Source of the DNA: Candidatus Micrarchaeota archaeon
GTDB taxonomy: Archaea > Micrarchaeota > Micrarchaeia > Anstonellales > Anstonellaceae
Length of the DNA stretch: 64,000 nt
Assembly: GCA_026414325.1 (NCBI GenBank)
Contig: JAOAJF010000001.1
Location: forward strand, 36,090-100,089
Direction: 5' to 3'
The notes beneath the pieces were generated by a model. The model saw nothing but the letters and a program-made list of their open reading frames with translations, was not told the DNA's origin and did no database searches. A program made the position numbers and the translations under genes. The number at the start of each line of letters is the position of its first letter. Positions within the stretch are counted from its first letter, which is position 1. Positions 57,338-64,000 of this stretch are shown here, piece by piece.

Positions 57338-57961
57338 GTGATTATTATGGAAAATATAGCTGTTTTTCAAAATCTGCTTTTTAAACCAGCGGACACAATA
57401 AAGCAACTCAACACAAAAGACTACTCTTACAAAGACGTCTTTCTAAATGTGCTGTTAATATCCTTTTTATTGAGTTTTGCAGGTTTTGTCTCATCTATTT
57501 TTATCTTAAATTCAGATTTGTTTGCTGCACTAATTGGCCTTGTATTTACTTTAGTAATTTATTCTATTCTTTTTTTTGTGTTTGGTCTAATTTTTAGTTC
57601 TATTTTTTCATTTATTGCAAAATTATTGGGAGGAAAACAATCAGTAAAGGTCTTAAATTTATTTTATTTGTATTCTACTTTGTCTATCCCATTCACAGCA
57701 ATTATTGCACTTTTAATTATTCTTTCTTTACTTCCATTAATCGGATCAATCTTTGGTTTGCTTAACCTCTTAGTATCTTTAGTTACCCTTTACTATATAA
57801 CAATATTAATAAGAGAAGTCTTTGAAATCTCAACTCTAAAGGCAGTTGCTGTATGGCTTTTACCAGTAATAATTTTTGCACTTATCATTTTCATTCTAAT
57901 TATATTTTTAGGGGCTGCTCTTTTAAGCCTTATTTTAAGTGCAAAACCCCCAGCAGCTTAA
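57338..57961 (+). CDS. Yip1-family membrane protein, copy 2
   Basis: LLFKPADTIKQL; AKLLGGK; LIREVFEISTLKAVAVWLLP. Confidence 0.8.
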   Translation: MIIMENIAVFQNLLFKPADTIKQLNTKDYSYKDVFLNVLLISFLLSFAGFVSSIFILNSDLFAALIGLVFTLVIYSILFFVFGLIFSSIFSFIAKLLGGKQSVKVLNLFYLYSTLSIPFTAIIALLIILSLLPLIGSIFGLLNLLVSLVTLYYITILIREVFEISTLKAVAVWLLPVIIFALIIFILIIFLGAALLSLILSAKPPAA

Positions 57962-58115
57962 AACTTTTTCTTTTTTATTTTTTCCCTTCTTTTTCTTTTT
58001 TGCTAGCAAATGCTCTATTGTATTTGTGATAAAGTTCTATTTTGTTCAACTGGGTTTAGCTAATTATTAAAAATTATTATAAATCTTCCTATTAAAATAT
58101 TAAATGTGAAGCCTT

Positions 58116-58754
58116 ATGTTCAACATATCTGAATATTTCTATCTTTTAAAGGACTTATTTACTAAGCCAGCAGAAACTGTTAAAAAACTAAAAAGAAAAA
58201 ACTATGGTTTTTCACACTCTCTGCCAAATATTTTAATTCCAGTCATATTTTTTACTATCTTCTCTTTTCTAAGTTTTCTTTCTCAATTAGATTTTTCAGG
58301 AGCAGTTATAACTCTGTTTTTAAGCCCTGTTTTGGGTTTAATTGGTTTTAGCCTTGGAATTCTAATTTCTAGTGCTATTTTTATTTTTCTTGCAAAAGTA
58401 CTTGGAGGAAAAGAAGTAAAACTCCAAACATTTTTCTACATTCTTTCTCTGTTCTATAGTCCATTTACTATATTAAACTCCTTCTTTTTATTTTTAACAA
58501 GCATTCCACTAATTGGTCTAATTTTTGCAGTATTTACTTTTCTTGGATCATTAGTTTTATGTTTAATTGGTCTATATTTCTTAACTATCATAATAAGAGA
58601 AACATTTGAACTTTCTACCCTCAGAGCAATAGCAGTCTGGTTTTTACCAACAATAGTGCTAATATTTCTTGCTATACTTGTTGGGCTAATTGTAGGAGCT
58701 GTGCTAGGCATTGCTCTTTTAAGCCTCCTACTAAAGCTATCAACAATATCCTAA
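58116..58754 (+). CDS. Yip1-family membrane protein, copy 3
   Basis: LFTKPAETVKKL; AKVLGGK; IIRETFELSTLRAIAVWFLP. Confidence 0.8.
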   Translation: MFNISEYFYLLKDLFTKPAETVKKLKRKNYGFSHSLPNILIPVIFFTIFSFLSFLSQLDFSGAVITLFLSPVLGLIGFSLGILISSAIFIFLAKVLGGKEVKLQTFFYILSLFYSPFTILNSFFLFLTSIPLIGLIFAVFTFLGSLVLCLIGLYFLTIIIRETFELSTLRAIAVWFLPTIVLIFLAILVGLIVGAVLGIALLSLLLKLSTIS

Positions 58755-58843
58755 ACGAGTTAAATTTTTATTTTTTTATTAAATTTTTCTCTACTTCTAA
58801 TTTTTAAATTACAAAATAGTTTGCAAAAGCAGTAAGTCAAAAG

Positions 58844-58930
58844 CGCCGGGGGGGAGATTTGAACTCCCGCGTGGGTTTCCCCACAACAGGTTAGCAACCT
58901 GCCGCACTAACCAGGCTATGCGACCCCAGC
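58844..58930 (-). tRNA. tRNA-Ser (GCT) with long variable arm
   Basis: Minus strand GCTGGGG../..CCCCGGC-G; anticodon arm GCAGG-TT-GCT-AA-CCTGT; variable arm GTGGG-GAAA-CCCAC; GTTCAAATC. Confidence 0.95.
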
Positions 58931-58988
58931 ATTTACATTAAATCTATAAATAAAACATATTTAAAAGCTCTATAGTTCTTTTTATTTT

Positions 58989-59399
58989 ATGGCAAATTGG
59001 CTTACTCATCTAAGCAAAATCGTCAAATACCCAAAAAAAATAAAGATAAAAAAAGAAGAGTTTTTAATCCCCTCTCCAAATCAAATAAAAAAATTAATGC
59101 AAAGGCCAAAAGCCAAAAAACTTCTAAGCACGCAACAAATATTAAACTATTTAGAAAAAAAATACAAATTAAAAGTTTATCCTAAAGCTTTTAAACTATT
59201 TTTATGGGCAATTGCAGATAGTCAGGAGCCTTCCTTTCCGTTCTGGAGAACTATTGGCCCAAATGGTGAATTATTAGAAGAATTTGCTGACAAAATTTTT
59301 CTTCAAGCAAATTTTTTAAGAAAAGAAGGACACATAATTATCAGAAAAGGAAAAAATCTAATAGTAAAAAATTTTCAAAAAAAGCTAATTAAACTCTAA
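58989..59399 (+). CDS. MGMT-family alkyltransferase-like protein
   Basis: PFWRTIGPNGEL..Q..L..EG corresponds to the P(C/W)HRV..G..Q..LL..EG motif. Confidence 0.65.
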   Translation: MANWLTHLSKIVKYPKKIKIKKEEFLIPSPNQIKKLMQRPKAKKLLSTQQILNYLEKKYKLKVYPKAFKLFLWAIADSQEPSFPFWRTIGPNGELLEEFADKIFLQANFLRKEGHIIIRKGKNLIVKNFQKKLIKL

Positions 59400-59428
59400 T
59401 TTATCTATATATTTTTCTATACTCTAAT

Positions 59429-59986
59429 TTATCTATACTCTAACTCTCCATGGCCTGGGCAGAGAACTTTCCATTTTAATTTTTCTAAAAGCTCTAAGCT
59501 CTTTTTCATTTCTAGCTTACAACCACCTAAATCAGTTCTTCCGCAAATTCCATCTGCAAACAAAGTATCTCCACTAAACAATATTTTTGTATTTTTTTCA
59601 AATAAGCATATGCTACCAGGAGTGTGTCCAGGGGTTGGTATAACCTCTAAAACATATTTTCCAAATTCAAAAATTTTTTGCTCAATTTTTTTTGTATTTT
59701 TAGGTATGAACATGTATGGCAATTTCTCATCTTCATTCTCAGAAATATATGCTGTCCAATTTTTTTGTACTCCTGCACAATGATCAAAATGGCCATGGGT
59801 TAGTATACAAATCTTTGGTAAAAAATCCAGCAAGTCCTTTCCATCCCCAGCATCGATTAATAATATTTGGTTTTTATCATCTAATATAATATAGCGATTA
59901 GAGCAGATTCTTTCAGCTACTTGTAAATAATATATCTCCTCTTCGTCCAAAACTTTTTTAAAATCCTTCAAACTTATTTTTCTCAT
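59429..59986 (-). CDS. Glyoxalase II-like MBL-fold hydrolase
   Basis: THGHFDH, TPGHTPGS, FSGDTLF, GRTD, PGHG. Confidence 0.9.
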   Translation of the reverse strand: MRKISLKDFKKVLDEEEIYYLQVAERICSNRYIILDDKNQILLIDAGDGKDLLDFLPKICILTHGHFDHCAGVQKNWTAYISENEDEKLPYMFIPKNTKKIEQKIFEFGKYVLEVIPTPGHTPGSICLFEKNTKILFSGDTLFADGICGRTDLGGCKLEMKKSLELLEKLKWKVLCPGHGELEYR

Positions 59987-60780
59987 CTTATTTCAAAACC
60001 TCCTGCGGGCAACAAAGGTCCAATCTTTTCTTTTTTCATCTTTATTTTCTGAGCTATAAGCTCAATAGCTTTTTCCTTTTCAATATCTCCAGGATATAGC
60101 AAAATTTGATTAGAAGAGCTTTTGCTATGAAGATTTGGTAGAACATACGCCTCTTCATTTTCGATTATTATTTTTAAAGCAAGTTGAACGTTTTTTAGCC
60201 AATTTCTTTTTCCTAAAATTAAAAAAGCTCCTTTTCCAACATATTGGCCTTGGCTATATTTACTTACTTGCTCTTTTTTTACATAGTAAACATCTATTGT
60301 AGCTAGCCTTTTTTTCCAAGCTGATGAATATGCTGCTGCCCACTGAGCAGCTTGAACTCTATCCTCTTCCTTTGCATTAGCCCCATTTTTTAAAATCGTA
60401 GCAGGTGCACCAATCATATCTGCATGAAAAAATAAATCCTCATCCTTTAAATATTTAGAATAAAGCTCATCATTTTGCTTAGCATTTTTTCCAGCTATCA
60501 CTAAAAAACCATTGGTTGTATAAAACCATAAAAAATTTTCATACCATTTTTTTTGTTTTTTTATCTCTTGTTTTTGTTTTTGAGTTTCAGCCTTAGTAGT
60601 TGAAATATTTTTAATCTCTTCTTTAGTTTTTTCTATTTCTTGTAGAATTTTTCTTTTTTTTTCTTCAAGCTGCTTAAGTTTTTGATAGAGCTCTTCTAAG
60701 TTTTTCCAAACACTTTTAGTACAATCTAACTCTAATTCAATTTTTTCATTAGAAGAAATTTCTTTTGCAGCTTCATCCAT
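59983..60780 (-). CDS. NFACT RNA-binding domain protein (short Rqc2/FbpA-like)
   Basis: Coiled coil, then WYENFLWF..GKNAKQND..FFHADMIGA..YSSAW..QVSK..GAFLILG. Confidence 0.85.
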   Translation of the reverse strand: MDEAAKEISSNEKIELELDCTKSVWKNLEELYQKLKQLEEKKRKILQEIEKTKEEIKNISTTKAETQKQKQEIKKQKKWYENFLWFYTTNGFLVIAGKNAKQNDELYSKYLKDEDLFFHADMIGAPATILKNGANAKEEDRVQAAQWAAAYSSAWKKRLATIDVYYVKKEQVSKYSQGQYVGKGAFLILGKRNWLKNVQLALKIIIENEEAYVLPNLHSKSSSNQILLYPGDIEKEKAIELIAQKIKMKKEKIGPLLPAGGFEIR

Positions 60781-60823
60781 ATTAATTTTTTAATTGTTAG
60801 GCTATTAATATTTTTGTATTTGT

Positions 60824-61243
60824 ATGGAAAAAGAGCTTGAAAAAAATTATCGCTTTGTAATAGTGGACACAAACTTTTGGCTTTTATTTTATGAAAGGGC
60901 CATAAATATAATCGAAGGTATTGAAAATCTATTTAGCTACAAACCATTTTTGATCTTAGTTCCAACCTCTATTTTAGCAGAATTAAAAATTTTTTCTTCT
61001 AAAAAAAATAAACGAGCAGTAGCTGCAAAATCCTGCCTCCTGCTAATTAATAAACTAAAAGAAGAAAAAAAACTCAAGATTGTTCCAACCAAGGATAAAA
61101 ACGCAGATTCCTTTATTATTACTCTAGCAAGAAAAGTAAGAGCTTATGTAGCAACATCAGATAAAAAATTAATCTCTAAACTAAGAAAATATAAAATAAA
61201 AATTATTACACTTAAAGACAAACACCTAATTTCTTTCCTTTAA
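60824..61243 (+). CDS. PIN-domain protein (Fcf1/Utp24-like)
   Basis: IVDTNF, ILAEL, ADSFI, VATSDKKL. Confidence 0.85.
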   Translation: MEKELEKNYRFVIVDTNFWLLFYERAINIIEGIENLFSYKPFLILVPTSILAELKIFSSKKNKRAVAAKSCLLLINKLKEEKKLKIVPTKDKNADSFIITLARKVRAYVATSDKKLISKLRKYKIKIITLKDKHLISFL

Positions 61244-61348
61244 TCTTTTTAACTTATAAACATTCTCAAAATTCAAACATAAACTATAAAAAGCTAAATC
61301 CACATATTTTTATATTCCTTTACCAATAAAAAAGTAGGGGGGGTATCT

Positions 61349-63394
61349 ATGCTAAATTATTTACTAATCGCAGTACTTGTTTCAGCGTTAGTTTTAATCT
61401 ATTCTTTTTTTATTGGAAGAAAGGTTCTTTCTTATCCAGCAGGAAATGAAAAAATGCAAAAAATCTCTAAGGCAATAGCTGCTGGTTCGGATGCTTATCT
61501 AAAAAGACAATTTCTTACAATTCTTTTTCCTCTAGTTCTAATCTTTATTGTTCTTGCATTCTTTTTTGGAATTTATCCAGCTTTAGCATTTGTATTTGGA
61601 GCGCTTTTATCTGCATTAGTAGGATACTTTGGAATGTATATTGCAGTTAGGGGAAATGTTCGAGCAGCTCAGGCAGCAACAAAATCCACAGCTGATGCTC
61701 TAAATGTTTCCTTTAAGGGAGGTCTAATTACTGGTCTTGCATTAATTGGTTTTGGGCTTTTAGGAATTAGTTTAATTTTTCTTCTAACTTATAATTTGTT
61801 TGCATCAAAAATTTACTCCACTTTAACTCATGAATTTATTTCTTTCTTAACCTTAATGCTCACCTCCTTTGGTTTAGGTGCAAATCTTATCGCACTATTT
61901 ATGAGAGTAGGTGGTGGAATTTATACTAAAGCTGCAGATGTAGGTGCTGACCTCGTAGGCAAAGTAGAAAAAAACATACCAGAAGATGATCCTAAAAATC
62001 CAGCAGTAATTGCTGATAATGTAGGGGACAATGTAGGCGATTGCGCTGGTATGGCAGCAGACGTTTTTGAATCTTATACTGTTTCAATAATAGCAGCAAT
62101 CATCTTAGGTGCTATTGCATATGGTCAAATAGGCACAGTTTTACCAATTATGCTTTATATAGTCGGAATAGTTGCTTCTTTACTTGGAACATTTTTTGTT
62201 AAGCTAAAAACAGAAGAGGAAAATCCAACAAATGCTCTCTTTAGAGGATTTTTTATCTCTATAATTTTTGCAGCCATTTTAGCTGCAGGTGTTATCTATT
62301 TATTAGTGCCAAACGAATTTTTCAAGGTCTTTTTAACAGTCTTAATAGGTCTAATAACCACAGGTATAATTGCATTTTTAACTGATTATTTCACAGGTAC
62401 CAGCTATAGCCCAGTAAAAGAAATTTATCAGGCTTCAACCACTGGTGCTGGAACAAATATAATTACTGGAATCGGAATAGGTCTAAAGTCCTCAGTTGTT
62501 ATGGCAATTGTTATCTCATTAGCAATATTTCTTGGCTATATTATAGATGGATTTTATGGAATTGCTCTTGTTGGAGTTGGAATTTTACTTCTAACAGGCT
62601 TTCTAATGGCAATGGATACTTTTGGTCCAATAGCAGATAATGCAGGTGGAATTAGCGAAATGGCAAATATGGGTAAAGAAGTTCAAGCAAGATTAGCAAA
62701 GTTAGATGCTCTTGGAAATACTACTAAAGCTCTAACAAAAGGCTTTGCCATTGGCTCTGCTGCCTTAGCAGCCACATCCTTATTTTCTACCTATATTTCG
62801 GAAGTAAATTTAGAATTTATAAATATTGCAAACCCACTTGTCTTTATCGGAATACTTTTAGGTGCTTCTGTTCCATTTTTATTCTCTTCTCTAACAATGC
62901 TTTCGGTTGGTAGAGCAGCCTATGAAATTGTTAAGGAAGTGCGAGAACAATTTAAAGACGGCCTTATTATGGCAGGTAAAAAAGAGCCAAATTATGCTAA
63001 ATGTGTAGATATCTCAACACAGGCAGCAATCAAAGAGCTTCTATTTCCTGCTGTTTTAGCCTTAGGCTCTCCAATCTTAATAGGATTTTTATTAGGGCCA
63101 GAAGCTTTAGGTGGATTTTTAGCAGGTGCAATATCTAGTGGATTTTTAATGGCTGTTTTTATGGCTAACACTGGTGCAGCTTGGGATAATGCTAAAAAAC
63201 TAATAGAGCATGAGGGAAAGAAAGGAACTGAAATGCACAAAGCAGCAGTTGTTGGTGATACTGTTGGTGATCCATTTAAAGATACCTCTGGTCCAGCAAT
63301 TAACCCATTATTAAAAGTAGTAAACATTGTCTCTATTTTAATTGGTGGTTTATTAGTACTAAGCTATGCAAAATCTCTTATCCTCTGTTGTTAA
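61349..63394 (+). CDS. hppA: Membrane-integral pyrophosphatase, K+-independent H+-pumping signature
   Basis: GGGIYTKAADVGADLVGKVE, DNVGDNVGD, GNTTKALTKG (Lys/Thr at the K+-dependence positions), GDTVGDPFKD. Confidence 0.95.
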   Translation: MLNYLLIAVLVSALVLIYSFFIGRKVLSYPAGNEKMQKISKAIAAGSDAYLKRQFLTILFPLVLIFIVLAFFFGIYPALAFVFGALLSALVGYFGMYIAVRGNVRAAQAATKSTADALNVSFKGGLITGLALIGFGLLGISLIFLLTYNLFASKIYSTLTHEFISFLTLMLTSFGLGANLIALFMRVGGGIYTKAADVGADLVGKVEKNIPEDDPKNPAVIADNVGDNVGDCAGMAADVFESYTVSIIAAIILGAIAYGQIGTVLPIMLYIVGIVASLLGTFFVKLKTEEENPTNALFRGFFISIIFAAILAAGVIYLLVPNEFFKVFLTVLIGLITTGIIAFLTDYFTGTSYSPVKEIYQASTTGAGTNIITGIGIGLKSSVVMAIVISLAIFLGYIIDGFYGIALVGVGILLLTGFLMAMDTFGPIADNAGGISEMANMGKEVQARLAKLDALGNTTKALTKGFAIGSAALAATSLFSTYISEVNLEFINIANPLVFIGILLGASVPFLFSSLTMLSVGRAAYEIVKEVREQFKDGLIMAGKKEPNYAKCVDISTQAAIKELLFPAVLALGSPILIGFLLGPEALGGFLAGAISSGFLMAVFMANTGAAWDNAKKLIEHEGKKGTEMHKAAVVGDTVGDPFKDTSGPAINPLLKVVNIVSILIGGLLVLSYAKSLILCC

Positions 63395-63421
63395 AAAACC
63401 TCTTTTTTCATTTTTTTTATT

Positions 63422-64000
63422 TTAAAAAAACACACTTAAAAATCCATGGAGAAGTGTTTTTACTACAAAATAAACAGCATAAGCACCAATAGCTAATAAG
63501 GGCATGTATTTAATTCCATATACTAATTTACCTTCAGCTATTACTCCAATAAAAATTGAAACAAAGAGCGAAGTTAAAAATATTAAAGCAAAAGCTACAG
63601 AGTTTACAAATTCTGCACTCAATCCAATTGTTGGACTAATCATTGAAACAATAGTTTGTGCACTCGAGCCAGTTGTTGGCTTTAGACCTGTCTGTAATTT
63701 AGTAAATATTGCCAAAAATTCAGTAGATATTCCTAAAAGCACAGGCAGTCCTATTACCAATATAAAAATTAAAAATATGGTATATGTTTTAGTGTTTAGA
63801 ACAGTCTCTTTTTTTAGTTCATCTAAGTCTCTTATCTCTTCAGCAGCAGTTTCAAGCAAATTAGCAAGTTTTCCACCAGATTTTAAACCATTTTCAAAAA
63901 AAGCAATTGTTCTTCTTAAAACATCTGAATCAATATTTTCTGTAAGTGCATTTAGTGCATCAGTAAAGCTTTCAGTTCCTAAAGAGTAAGCAGCAACTTT
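63422..64000 (-). CDS. Type II/IV secretion F-domain (TadC/FlaJ-like) membrane platform protein, 5'-truncated
   Basis: Frame open to the window end: SLGTESFTDAL..LRRTI..GLKSGGKLANLLETAAEEIR, followed by TM helices. Confidence 0.85.
   Translation of the reverse strand, partial: KVAAYSLGTESFTDALNALTENIDSDVLRRTIAFFENGLKSGGKLANLLETAAEEIRDLDELKKETVLNTKTYTIFLIFILVIGLPVLLGISTEFLAIFTKLQTGLKPTTGSSAQTIVSMISPTIGLSAEFVNSVAFALIFLTSLFVSIFIGVIAEGKLVYGIKYMPLLAIGAYAVYFVVKTLLHGFLSVFF

Noticed and set aside
61349..63394. Na+-pumping, K+-dependent pyrophosphatase call
   Set aside because: GNTTKALTKG has Lys/Thr, the K+-independent signature, rather than GNTTAAxGKG
1442..63989. Many short antisense or alternate-frame ORFs in the track (e.g. 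1563-2051, 12558-13034, 13833-14192, 35696-36097, 62992-63327, 63504-63989)
   Set aside because: Fully nested in well-supported genes, with composition typical of shadow frames and no motifs
1..64000. Alternative genetic code or stop-codon readthrough
   Set aside because: Conserved genes are full-length under the standard code and use TAA, TAG and TGA as stops

Overview
AT-rich archaeal chromosome segment. Evidence for Archaea: Rpo6/Rpo7/Spt4, Pus10, Dph5, NreA, DtdA, two Orc1/Cdc6, PolB with a PIP box, an archaeal-size SRP RNA and TATA-box promoters. Gene content and density suggest a DPANN lineage, most plausibly Micrarchaeota; this is inference, and no marker phylogeny was run. Most of the window is housekeeping: pheT, tmk, polB, pgk/gap, mvk, pyrG, nfo, sepF, trmJ, sua5, hppA, tRNA-Glu(TTC), tRNA-Ser(GCT) and SRP RNA. 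Three things stand out. (1) A 13-kb block (14304-27540) of five large orphan genes. Two carry runs of amphipathic beta-strands resembling transmembrane beta-barrels, and one of these ends in a beta-signal-like strand. Four lack signal peptides, three share a 14-nt promoter-like motif exactly 30 nt upstream of the ATG, and the fifth is a secreted CARDB protein. (2) Dispersed T4SS/Ced-like parts: a VirB4/HerA-like ATPase, a VirB2-like pilin and a VirB6-like membrane protein. (3) An unexplained GC-rich structured element of about 77 nt behind its own TATA box at 9954-10030. No CRISPR array, IS element or integrase was seen. All family calls come from motif recognition by eye.
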